Shown here: in pieces, positions 55,346-64,000 of the stretch
Position numbering within the stretch: position 1 is the first letter of the stretch
How the letters are laid out: each line of letters opens with the position of its first letter
Sequence record: KU521356.1
Reading direction: 5' to 3' (one strand)
DNA length: 64,000 nucleotides
Translations under genes and position numbers: made by a program
The notes under the pieces: model-generated
What the model saw: only the letters and a program-made list of their open reading frames with translations
The model's database searches: none
Told to the model about the DNA's origin: nothing

Positions 55346-55365
55346 GCTCTCCCCGAAGGGAGAGC
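55346..55365. terminator. Terminator after the helicase gene
   Basis: GCTCTCCC-CGAA-GGGAGAGC (UUCG loop on the minus strand). Confidence 0.8.
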
Positions 55366-55374
55366 TTTATGTTG

Positions 55375-56922
55375 TTAATATCCCCAGTCATCTCCACCAG
55401 TGGCTTGCATATTGCTAAGACTTGGTACAAAGTCCATGTAATTGTTTTCTTCTTTATCGATATCCCATCTAATACCACCAATACGGTCTGGATCAAACGG
55501 CATAACAAAATAGTGATGCTTACTATCACTTACAACGTTACGGTGTTTACCACGTTGTACGGTTAGATAATACTTACCACTTACTTTAACAATGTGGAAG
55601 AAGAATTCCAGATCAGGTTCTTGTCCAAGTCGGCGACAACCGTCATAGTAACCTTTGTTAGCAACTTGTTTAACAAAGTCTTCTGGTGGGATATTATCCC
55701 TGATTAGTTCTAATGCCTGAGAACTTAACTGATGCGGACTAAAGAATGTGATACCACGTGGTGCAGTATAGTTACGCATTCGCCTAAATAGGAGACGAAC
55801 GTCATCACCTGCTACACTGGTCACTAATCCAGTTTTAGGCAACATGTTTAGATAATCTACGCAGAGATATTGTAGTTCATAACCACGTGCTTGATATGTA
55901 TCTAGGTAGTTAACTAAACCAGCAATCGTAAATTCAGTTGGGTCAAAACGATACATTACTGGTTCAAAACCATTTTCACGGAGACGAGCTGATACATATT
56001 CAGCTGCTTCAGCTTTACTAATAGAACTACGATCTACCTTGATACCTGTTTCATTTTCGTAAATATACTCATAAATGAAAATAAGGTTATCCGGAATCTC
56101 ATTCTCAAGAGTAATAAACATTACTAATGGTTTCTTATTGATATCACGCATGTATGGTTTATTAAATAGACACACATGGCAAAATAGACTCATAGAAACG
56201 CCAGATTTATATTGATGTTGTAGGCCACCACCGATAATAAATTCACCACGTTTTAATGCACCCAGATCACCAAGCATCCTGTTAAAACCTTTCCATCCAG
56301 TACGGAAAGCACCATTTGGGGAAAGAATAGTTTTAGCTTCCTCAAAGAAGCCTTCAATAGAATCTAAATTACCAAAATCAAGTGCACCCATTTCAGCTGG
56401 GTGTTTCTCTTCAGCACGCGCGCGAATATATGGGTCAGCTCTGGTTGCCATTTCATTAATGATTGCCGGAATATCAGCAGAGCCTCTATTGAAAAGAATT
56501 TTTGATGAACATTCTTTTACAATAGCTTTTACCTTCTCATCAGCTAAGTAGCTATTTAGATCACGACGATATGAAGTTACACGCATGGCTAATGCCATGC
56601 CATTTGGAAATTCTTCTTCTACTGCATTTTTAACAGCATCGTATAGATAACTTTCTTCACGACAACATACTTGTAGTGATTGTAATACCTGTTGGGTAGC
56701 TGGGAAATATGCTTTCTGTTTCTTATTTAGATCCACTAGTAGATTACGAAGATCTAAAAATGTTTGTCGACCATGATCTACATCTAATGTACCACCCTTA
56801 TCATTTAGAGTATCAAGAATCTCAGTAACCAATTCATTGGATGGTTCCACTGGAGAATCTTCTCGATTTTCTAAACATAATAGAGTGATACATGAAACGA
56901 GTAATTGTTTTGGACTTGACAT
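55375..56922 (-). CDS. DnaB-like replicative helicase (phiKZ gp118-like)
   Basis: RTGWKGFNRMLG, divergent Walker A GGLQHQYKS, ITLEN, CVDYLNML, HQLS and QRGKHR motifs. Confidence 0.85.
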   Translation of the reverse strand: MSSPKQLLVSCITLLCLENREDSPVEPSNELVTEILDTLNDKGGTLDVDHGRQTFLDLRNLLVDLNKKQKAYFPATQQVLQSLQVCCREESYLYDAVKNAVEEEFPNGMALAMRVTSYRRDLNSYLADEKVKAIVKECSSKILFNRGSADIPAIINEMATRADPYIRARAEEKHPAEMGALDFGNLDSIEGFFEEAKTILSPNGAFRTGWKGFNRMLGDLGALKRGEFIIGGGLQHQYKSGVSMSLFCHVCLFNKPYMRDINKKPLVMFITLENEIPDNLIFIYEYIYENETGIKVDRSSISKAEAAEYVSARLRENGFEPVMYRFDPTEFTIAGLVNYLDTYQARGYELQYLCVDYLNMLPKTGLVTSVAGDDVRLLFRRMRNYTAPRGITFFSPHQLSSQALELIRDNIPPEDFVKQVANKGYYDGCRRLGQEPDLEFFFHIVKVSGKYYLTVQRGKHRNVVSDSKHHYFVMPFDPDRIGGIRWDIDKEENNYMDFVPSLSNMQATGGDDWGY

Positions 56923-57011
56923 TTTTATAGATTTCCAATTGTGAAATTAAGAGATGTACAGTGTATCATTTAGATAGCTAGTAATTTTAGTGAATGTATT
57001 TGCTATATTGC

Positions 57012-57015
57012 TATG
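57012..57015 (+). promoter_or_regulatory. Late promoter TATG for the capsid operon
   Basis: CTATGTAG in the AT-rich divergent gap upstream of the gp119-like gene; TATG is the established phiKZ late motif. Confidence 0.6.
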
Positions 57016-57061
57016 TAGACAGTTCCCAAAAGCCTAAAGTTACAATATAGGTACTTTCACA

Positions 57062-57595
57062 ATGACCCAAGTTCTGGTTATGCCAAAAGCTGTTTTTGAA
57101 TCATATAAAACAGCAGGTGTACAATTTAACAAATTGTTAGACACCAACTATATAGTTTCCGAAACCTCCGTAAATGATCTTGCGGAGATACATCAGGCTT
57201 TAACTGCTTTCCCCTTTCTATTACCAGAAAAACTAGATATTAAGTTAGCAGTAAGCCCGATAATCAAAGTTGCTGAGTTAGGTGAAATAGACGGTCCTGA
57301 ACAATTTAAGATGAAGGATTTACACAATCGTTTAGAGAGCCGCCTAGCGACTAATGAACTTAGGGATGCAGGTAACCGTAATTTAGTGTACGATTATTAC
57401 CTATATCCTGTAGATGAGAATCTGTGGGTTGCGGTGCAGCAGAGTGCGCACATTGCAAGTAGCGATCCTAGACGTGTCTCAATTCAACTTAACCATACTT
57501 TCTTTGATAGTATGATAAATGAAATGTTGAACACCCGCCCACGTGAATCCGTGGCGTCAACACAAATTTTTACCTATTATTTGGAGAGCTGCTAG
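57062..57595 (+). CDS. Minor capsid protein (phiKZ gp119-like)
   Basis: 177 aa immediately upstream of the major capsid gene. Confidence 0.65.
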   Translation: MTQVLVMPKAVFESYKTAGVQFNKLLDTNYIVSETSVNDLAEIHQALTAFPFLLPEKLDIKLAVSPIIKVAELGEIDGPEQFKMKDLHNRLESRLATNELRDAGNRNLVYDYYLYPVDENLWVAVQQSAHIASSDPRRVSIQLNHTFFDSMINEMLNTRPRESVASTQIFTYYLESC

Positions 57596-57667
57596 GTTGA
57601 TTCCGGAAAAGATGCTTAGTAGACCCAAATTTTTAAACCAAAAACTCATCCTACGTAGGAATAAAAA

Positions 57668-59911
57668 ATGAGCGTACATGCCCTAAGAGAACTGTTTAAA
57701 CACAAAGGCGAAAAGAATTACGAAGTCTTCTCAATGGAAGATTTCATTGGCCGCCTAGAAAGTGAAATTGGTCTAAATGACAGCGTTGTTAGTCAAGGTC
57801 GTTCCCTTGTTAGCACCATTTCACATGAAAACTTCGGTACCGTACAAGCTACCGACGTTCAAGATGCTGCTGCAATTTATAACAAAATGCAAATGCTCGT
57901 TAACGACTATGGTTTCGAACGAGTAAGTTCCAGTGATCCTCAAGTACGCGCTCGTGAAGAACGTGTTCGTGAGAACCAGATCACTGCTGCTACCATGGCT
58001 GCTATCGCCTGTGCTGATGAAACTAAATATATCCGTGCACTACGTGGTATTACCAAAGCTAAAGCTTCTAATGAAGATCATGTTAAGGTTGTACAGCATC
58101 AGTTCAATGGCCCCGCTGGTGGCATTCAAGTATTCGAAAATGGTGTTGGTCTAGAGAACTATAACGAGAAGTCACAGCGTGATTTCCGTGTTGTAACTAT
58201 TGGTTATAACCTAGCTGCTAGCCGTCAGGATGAATTCGCTGAGCGTATCTATCCGACCACCGTTATCAACCCGATTGAAGGTGGTGTTGTTCAGGTTCTT
58301 CCTTACATCGCTGTAATGAAAGACGTTTACCACGAAGTATCCGGCGTTAAGATGGATAACGAAGAAGTGAACATGGTAGAAGCCTATCGTGATCCTTCCA
58401 TCCTCGACGACGAAAGCATTGCACTAATTCCTGCCCTAGATCCGGCTGGTTCCAATGCTGACTTCTTCGTAGACCCGGCTCTTGTTCCTCCGTACACCAT
58501 CAAGAACGAGCAGAACCTAACTATCACTACTGCTCCGCTAAAAGCGAACGTACGTCTTGATCTAATGGGTAACTCCAATGCTAACCTACTCATTCAGCGT
58601 GGCATGCTTGAAGTTTCTGACACCATTGATCCGGCTGGTCGTCTAAAGAACCTATTCGTTCTACTCGGCGGTAAAGTTGTTAAGTTCAAGGTTGACCGTC
58701 TACCTCGCGCTGTGTTCCAGCCCGATCTAGTTGGTGATACCCGGAACGCAGTTATCCGTTTCGATAGCGATGACCTTGTTGTTAGTGGCGATACCACTTT
58801 CATCGACGGTTCAGCTGATGGCGTTATTAACGACCTTAAGACTGCTAAACTAAGCCTACGTCTAAGCGTTGGTTTCGGCGGTACTATCAGCCTATCCAAA
58901 GGCGATTCTAAGTTTGGTGCTACCGACACTTACGTCGATAAAGTTCTAAACGAAGATGGTCAAGTAATGGATAATGCTGACCCGGCTGTTAAAGCTATTC
59001 TAGATCAGCTAACTGACCTAGCTGTTATCGGTTTCGAACTAGATACTCGCTTCACCAACACCAACCGTCGTCAGCGTGGTCACCTACTACAGACCCGTGC
59101 ACTACAGTTCCGTCATCCGATCCCGATGCACGCTCCTGTAACTCTACCGATGGACACCATGACCGATGAAGGTCCGGGTGAGGTTGTTAAAGCTCTAACC
59201 GTTAACACCAACATCCGTAACAGCAACAACGCTGTTAAGCGCATGCTTAACTACCTTGCTCAACTACGTGAAGTTGTACACAATGGTTACAACCGTCCGA
59301 AGTTTGGTATCATCGAAGGTGCACTATCCGCTGTAATGCGTCCGACCTATCGTTACAAAGAACTAGATCTTGAGAAAGTCATCGACACCATCAAGTCTAA
59401 AGATCGTTGGGACGACGTTTGCGCTGCGATCCTAAACTGTGTTAAAGCTGAGCTATTCCCGGCTCACCGTGATTCCAACATTGAAGCTGCCTTCCGTGTT
59501 ATCTCCGGTAACCAGGATGAAACTCCGATGTATCTCTTCTGCTCCGACAAAGAGATTGCTAACTATCTAATGACTAAAGGTGACGACCGTACTCTAGGTG
59601 CTTATCTCAAGTACGATATCGTTTCCACCAACAACCAGCTATTCGATGGTAAGCTAGTTGTAATTCCGACCCGCGCAGTACAACAAGAAAACGACATCCT
59701 CTCCTGGGGTCAGTTCTTCTACGTATCTACTGTTATCGCTGACCTACCGATCACCCGTGGTGGTCACCAGGTTACTCGCGAAATCGCGGCCATTCCGTTC
59801 AACCTACACGTCAACAACATTCCGTTCGCACTAGAGTTCAAGATCACTGGCTTCCAGAAAGTCATGGGCGAAACTCAGTTCAACGGTAAGCTTGCTGATC
59901 TTAAGCCGTGA
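57668..59911 (+). CDS. Major capsid protein (phiKZ gp120-like)
   Basis: 747 aa, strongly biased high-expression codon usage, AGGA RBS, GLENYNE processing-type site. Confidence 0.9.
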   Translation: MSVHALRELFKHKGEKNYEVFSMEDFIGRLESEIGLNDSVVSQGRSLVSTISHENFGTVQATDVQDAAAIYNKMQMLVNDYGFERVSSSDPQVRAREERVRENQITAATMAAIACADETKYIRALRGITKAKASNEDHVKVVQHQFNGPAGGIQVFENGVGLENYNEKSQRDFRVVTIGYNLAASRQDEFAERIYPTTVINPIEGGVVQVLPYIAVMKDVYHEVSGVKMDNEEVNMVEAYRDPSILDDESIALIPALDPAGSNADFFVDPALVPPYTIKNEQNLTITTAPLKANVRLDLMGNSNANLLIQRGMLEVSDTIDPAGRLKNLFVLLGGKVVKFKVDRLPRAVFQPDLVGDTRNAVIRFDSDDLVVSGDTTFIDGSADGVINDLKTAKLSLRLSVGFGGTISLSKGDSKFGATDTYVDKVLNEDGQVMDNADPAVKAILDQLTDLAVIGFELDTRFTNTNRRQRGHLLQTRALQFRHPIPMHAPVTLPMDTMTDEGPGEVVKALTVNTNIRNSNNAVKRMLNYLAQLREVVHNGYNRPKFGIIEGALSAVMRPTYRYKELDLEKVIDTIKSKDRWDDVCAAILNCVKAELFPAHRDSNIEAAFRVISGNQDETPMYLFCSDKEIANYLMTKGDDRTLGAYLKYDIVSTNNQLFDGKLVVIPTRAVQQENDILSWGQFFYVSTVIADLPITRGGHQVTREIAAIPFNLHVNNIPFALEFKITGFQKVMGETQFNGKLADLKP

Positions 59912-59992
59912 GCTGGAAAGGGTTACCGTTATCTAGAAAATGGGACTATCCGTTATTTGGAAGACGGTAATGCCCGGAAGTTAGAAGAGTAA
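59912..59992 (+). other. 26-codon in-frame extension after the capsid UGA (candidate readthrough tail)
   Basis: TGA GCT GGA AAG ... GAA GAG TAA = AGKGYRYLENGTIRYLEDGNARKLEE; the TAA abuts the terminator. Confidence 0.55.
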
Positions 59993-60001
59993 CAGACATA
60001 G

Positions 60002-60021
60002 GCCCTCCCTTCGGGGAGGGC
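60002..60021. terminator. Capsid operon terminator
   Basis: GCCCTCCC-TTCG-GGGAGGGC flanked by CATA and TTTATG. Confidence 0.9.
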
Positions 60022-60047
60022 TTTATGTTGTATTACATTAAAAAAAG

Positions 60048-60064
60048 TTTAAGATCTATATTAC
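60048..60064 (+). promoter_or_regulatory. Early promoter TTTAAGATCTATATTAC
   Basis: Exact TATATTAC at 60057-60064, upstream of the operon containing the nvRNAP beta gene. Confidence 0.85.
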
Positions 60065-60107
60065 AGTAATGATCATGATCTTCTAATTTAAAAATAGGTT
60101 AATCCAA

Positions 60108-60560
60108 ATGAACGTTCAATTATTTCCAGAAGTCATCGAAAGATGGCAGGATGCCCTGAGGGTATCTCTTATAGAAAAAAATACCATGGTAGATAATAAG
60201 ATGTCTACCGTAGATGATGATAAATACATTAATACTTTCTTTGAAGAATTCCATCCTGTTCAGGATGCCTTTATGCCCAAAGGGCTAGAGGACTTTATTA
60301 CAGATTATGCCAAGAAAAACACTGAGGAGATCCCTCAAGAAAAACAGTTTAAGCGGGCCACCGAAAAGTTATATTGTTCGAGTGACCCGCATAAATGGCA
60401 GAAGTCAAGTAATAAGGAAAAGAGTGAATCCTTTAAGGGAAGGTCCGTACATCAAACTAAAAAGAGGCTCCCCAACATTGTAGATTTGGAGGCCGTTGTG
60501 ATTAAGGTAGATTTCAATGGTAACACTAAAAATTGCGGGGCTTACTCAAGTATCAGTTAA
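60108..60560 (+). CDS. Hypothetical protein (phiKZ gp121-like)
   Basis: AGGT RBS; first ORF after the early promoter. Confidence 0.6.
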   Translation: MNVQLFPEVIERWQDALRVSLIEKNTMVDNKMSTVDDDKYINTFFEEFHPVQDAFMPKGLEDFITDYAKKNTEEIPQEKQFKRATEKLYCSSDPHKWQKSSNKEKSESFKGRSVHQTKKRLPNIVDLEAVVIKVDFNGNTKNCGAYSSIS

Positions 60561-61599
60561 GCCTACTATCGATCACCCGTATGATAAGAAATCGGGAACT
60601 GCATACACTAAGGGTGATCCATACGCTAATTGGAATCTCCCTGTCTCACGTTTTGTTGAGTATCGGAATGAATCATTTCATCGTATTACTGTAGTTGATT
60701 CGTCTGGTCACGCTATCAATATTGGGACATCCCGTAAGTATGTAATGTCTAATAGACTGGTAGTTAAGGTCATTTACCGATGGAGTGGTGATGATAGTTT
60801 TAACTATGAAGTTATGGCTAAATCTATTCCAGGTTTTACACCTGAGGAAATGTTAGAATATATTCAGTCATTTAGTCGACAGACATTCGATCAGTTTAAT
60901 AACCAGTTATCTGAGATTACTATTTGGTATTCAATTGACTTATCAAAACTAGTAGATCAGTATCATGGTGGTTGGATTCAGAGTTTAGGTATCCAAGTAT
61001 TTAAAACTGAGTATAGTCAGTATTTTGAATTTTATCCAAATAGAAATATTAGTCCTCCTGGTTACAGCGGACTTAGTCCAGAAGAAGAAGCACTTTCTAA
61101 TCAAGTATGGAATGAAACATATTCTTTAACGTATAATACTGACATCAATAAACCAGATAAATTGTTTTATGTAATGGCTGGCAGAATTATGGCCATTGAG
61201 TCAATCTACAATCCATCATTAGATCCTGGTCTTATTGTTAATATCCGTGGTAAACATGGATGTATTAGTCATAATGGCGAAAAGAGATATGTAATACCTC
61301 CTGAACAGTTCCATGAAAATGGTTTCTTTAGAACACATGAAGAAGCTGCTGCAATGGTTGGAATTAAAGATAAGAAAGTTATTGAACGTCTTAAGACTGC
61401 ACTCTTAACAGCAGCTGATATTAAGGAAAGGGAAGCCCAGGAAAAAGCAGCTGGTACGTTTGATAAAGAATTCAAACCAAAAGATGTTGTATTGATTCAT
61501 GGTCTAAAATGGGGTGATCTAAACTCCATTGCCTCTGATCTAGTATCATCCATTAAAATTGTAGGTTCACTGATGGATTTAATTTTGCCAAAAGTTTAG
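60517..61599 (+). CDS. Hypothetical protein (phiKZ gp122-like)
   Basis: 360 aa with AAGGT RBS. Confidence 0.75.
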   Translation: MVTLKIAGLTQVSVKPTIDHPYDKKSGTAYTKGDPYANWNLPVSRFVEYRNESFHRITVVDSSGHAINIGTSRKYVMSNRLVVKVIYRWSGDDSFNYEVMAKSIPGFTPEEMLEYIQSFSRQTFDQFNNQLSEITIWYSIDLSKLVDQYHGGWIQSLGIQVFKTEYSQYFEFYPNRNISPPGYSGLSPEEEALSNQVWNETYSLTYNTDINKPDKLFYVMAGRIMAIESIYNPSLDPGLIVNIRGKHGCISHNGEKRYVIPPEQFHENGFFRTHEEAAAMVGIKDKKVIERLKTALLTAADIKEREAQEKAAGTFDKEFKPKDVVLIHGLKWGDLNSIASDLVSSIKIVGSLMDLILPKV

Positions 61600-61608
61600 G
61601 AGTTTATA

Positions 61609-63240
61609 ATGCCGGATCCATTTCTAATTGAAAAGATTCGTGAAAATACGCCTTGCATGAATCCAACACTAGCAAATGGTATCACAGTCGAGCACACCAT
61701 GACTCGTGATCCAAATACTGGTGTTAATATGACCAGGCGTTATATTGATTCTTTATTTGATATCAGTTCAGTTCTATTTCCCGATGGCTTCAAATATGAA
61801 GGCAATCGTGCATGTACACCGCTTAAGCATTTTGAAGAGATTACTCGGGAATATAATGCTAAGCGTATTGCCAATATTGCTCCAACTGATATGTACATGA
61901 TTGACCTAATGTTTAGTTACAAAGGGGAAATGCTTTATCCTCGCCCAATGTTGTTACCAGCTTTTAAGAGAGGCAATATGGTAACTATCAATGGTGCGAA
62001 ATATATCGGTTCACCAGTATTAACTGATGTTGGGTTCTCTGTACTTAATGATAGTATCTTCATCCCGTTTCGTCGTACTAAGCTAACCTTTAAACAAACT
62101 GACCACCATTACATGTGCAATGGTCAGCGTAAAATCATGTATGTGATCTGGTCACAGATTCACAATGAAATGGCTAAGCGTACTAAACGAGATCTGGATA
62201 ATCGACCACACATTGAGTCATGTTTAGCTCATTATTTCTTCTGTCAGTTTGGAGTAACTCAAACTTTCAAACAATGGGCTAATGTAGATATTAAGTGTGG
62301 ACTACTGTCTGATTTTCCTGAAGAAGAATATCCACGTGAAAAGTGGAATATTTATTCCAGTGCAACGTTAAAAGGCAAACATCCCACCGGTGAAATGGTT
62401 CTTGTTATACCTCGTCATCAAGAATCTATTTTTGCTACACGACTTATCGCTGGTTTCTGGTATGTGGTCGATGCATTTCCAATGCGGTTTACTCGACCTG
62501 AATATGTAGATAGTACCAACTTATGGCGTGTTATCCTAGGTCACATGGTGTTTGGTGATTTTGAGCACCAAGGTAAAGTAGAGGAAAACATTGATTCACA
62601 CCTGCACAGTTTCTGTAATTCACTAGACGAAATGACTATTGAAGAACTTAAAACAGTTGGTGTCAATGTAAGTACTATTTGGGAACTTCTTTACGAGATC
62701 ATGACTAGTTTGGCTCATCATCTTTATGCTACTGATATTGATGAAACTAGTATGTATGGTAAAAGGTTAACAGTACTACATTACTTGATGTCAGAGTTTA
62801 ACTATGCTGTAAGTATGTTTGGCTATATGTTCCAGTCTAGGCGTGATCGTGAATGGACTGTGCAAGAGCTAAATGAAGGTTTAAAACGTTCCTTTAAACT
62901 ACAGACAGCTATTAAACGATTAACAGTGGATCATGGTGAACTCGATACAATGAGTAATCCAAACTCCAGTATGTTGATTAAAGGGACATCTATCCTAGTT
63001 ACACAGGATCGAGCTAAAACAGCTAAGGCGCATAATAAGTCTCTAATCAATGACTCATCTAGGATTATTCACGCATCTATCGCTGAGGTAGGTCAATATA
63101 AAAACCAACCTAAGAATAACCCGGATGGTCGAGGTAGACTTAATATGTATACCAAAGTTGGTCCAACTGGACTAGTTGAACGTCGTGAAGAAGTACGTGA
63201 AATAATTGACAATGCTCAGTTAATGTTCCGTGCAAAATAA
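61609..63240 (+). CDS. nvRNAP beta subunit N-terminal part (phiKZ gp123-like)
   Basis: 543 aa with AGGAG RBS and C-terminal IHASIAEVG...NPDGRGRLN resembling beta region D; synteny. Confidence 0.8.
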   Translation: MPDPFLIEKIRENTPCMNPTLANGITVEHTMTRDPNTGVNMTRRYIDSLFDISSVLFPDGFKYEGNRACTPLKHFEEITREYNAKRIANIAPTDMYMIDLMFSYKGEMLYPRPMLLPAFKRGNMVTINGAKYIGSPVLTDVGFSVLNDSIFIPFRRTKLTFKQTDHHYMCNGQRKIMYVIWSQIHNEMAKRTKRDLDNRPHIESCLAHYFFCQFGVTQTFKQWANVDIKCGLLSDFPEEEYPREKWNIYSSATLKGKHPTGEMVLVIPRHQESIFATRLIAGFWYVVDAFPMRFTRPEYVDSTNLWRVILGHMVFGDFEHQGKVEENIDSHLHSFCNSLDEMTIEELKTVGVNVSTIWELLYEIMTSLAHHLYATDIDETSMYGKRLTVLHYLMSEFNYAVSMFGYMFQSRRDREWTVQELNEGLKRSFKLQTAIKRLTVDHGELDTMSNPNSSMLIKGTSILVTQDRAKTAKAHNKSLINDSSRIIHASIAEVGQYKNQPKNNPDGRGRLNMYTKVGPTGLVERREEVREIIDNAQLMFRAK

Positions 63241-63275
63241 ATTAAATCTTTAACTACTTAATAGGTATTATTCAC

Positions 63276-64000
63276 ATGAACTATGCACAGTACAATCTAC
63301 CTGTCGATTTTGAGAGTGTAGATACCAGTACTTTCGATCCTAACCTACCTAATGGGAATTATCTGTTTAGCCTACCGCTACAGTTATCACCACATCAACA
63401 ACATCCTCAACTACAACCATATTTCAATGGTGTAATTGGGTTGTTCCGGCTGAATGCTCAAAATGCTGCTACTACCACCCAGCTTCATGCATTTGCGTAT
63501 AATCTGCTATCTAGTAATGGTTTTCAGAATAACTATTATCAGCAGTGGGCTCAGAAAGTTATTGACTTTCTAGAGTTTCTATTTATTCATCGTCAAATGG
63601 TGAATAACCCACAGCAGGCAATGCAGCAAGCTGCATCTCTAGTATGGTCTGGTTTTGTTGGTAAATGTGCTCAAACCTTCCCGCAGCTACAAAGTCTAGT
63701 TCAACATCTAATGCCGAATATCCAACAGGCACTTGGTGTAATCGGGCAGATTGAATCAGATATCCAAAAGATGCGTATGGGTGGTAACACCATGATGCAG
63801 GGTGGATATCAACAACCTGGTGTACAGCCTGGAAGTTTCCCTGGGATGGGTGCAGCAATGGGTCGTCCTGGCATGAGTTCACAACTACCTCCAATTAACG
63901 CAGGTATCCAACAGACCTATGGTCAACCGGCTACCATGGCTAATCCGCAGCTGAACATTCCAGGGGCATATACACCAACAACTAATCATGACACTGGTCC
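63276..64000 (+). CDS. 3'-truncated gene (phiKZ gp124-like) with a Q/M/G/P-rich segment
   Basis: AGGT RBS, ATG at 63276 (MNYAQYNLPVDF); frame open to the window end. Confidence 0.75.
   Translation, partial: MNYAQYNLPVDFESVDTSTFDPNLPNGNYLFSLPLQLSPHQQHPQLQPYFNGVIGLFRLNAQNAATTTQLHAFAYNLLSSNGFQNNYYQQWAQKVIDFLEFLFIHRQMVNNPQQAMQQAASLVWSGFVGKCAQTFPQLQSLVQHLMPNIQQALGVIGQIESDIQKMRMGGNTMMQGGYQQPGVQPGSFPGMGAAMGRPGMSSQLPPINAGIQQTYGQPATMANPQLNIPGAYTPTTNHDTG

Noticed and set aside
59908-59970. 20-codon GTG ORF overlapping the capsid stop (GTGA)
   Set aside because: No RBS, poor codon usage, and it does not explain the peptide repeat or the TAA position seen in the capsid frame.
59909-59970. Selenocysteine insertion at the capsid UGA
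   Set aside because: The downstream stem does not match the bacterial SECIS layout as far as I can judge, and the site is not catalytic.

Overview
AT-rich, gene-dense 64 kb segment of a nucleus-forming phiKZ-like Pseudomonas jumbo phage (Phikzvirus/Chimalliviridae). By gene order, sizes and motifs it corresponds to roughly phiKZ gp67-gp124; gp numbers come from recalled synteny, not from a database search. It encodes four non-virion RNA polymerase subunits (gp68-like; the C-terminal beta subunit split by a 307-nt ORF-less group I intron; gp74-like beta'; gp123-like beta), the PicA-like nuclear import factor, an SF2 helicase, the virion RNAP beta' subunit, the exonuclease/motif-A half of a split family B DNA polymerase, a long head/inner-body/baseplate block, a DarG-like macrodomain, early accessory clusters, a DnaB-like helicase and the major capsid protein. 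Manual translation of the gaps in the ORF track gave three candidate recoding events. (1) A C_CCA_AAG-stop heptamer at the end of the polymerase gene leads by -1 frameshift into a start-less NADAR-like frame, predicting a polymerase fused to a DNA de-ADP-ribosylase. (2) A T_TTT_TTT site at the end of the gp77-like gene leads by -1 frameshift into a start-less 165-codon frame, resembling tail-chaperone G/GT recoding. (3) A 26-codon in-frame extension follows the capsid UGA. Also notable are a ~570-nt non-coding hairpin array near the helicase gene, a family of CATA-hairpin-TATG intergenic elements, an orphan XRE antitoxin-like gene and several microproteins absent from the track. No tRNA, rRNA or CRISPR array was seen. 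All RNA structures were found by eye.
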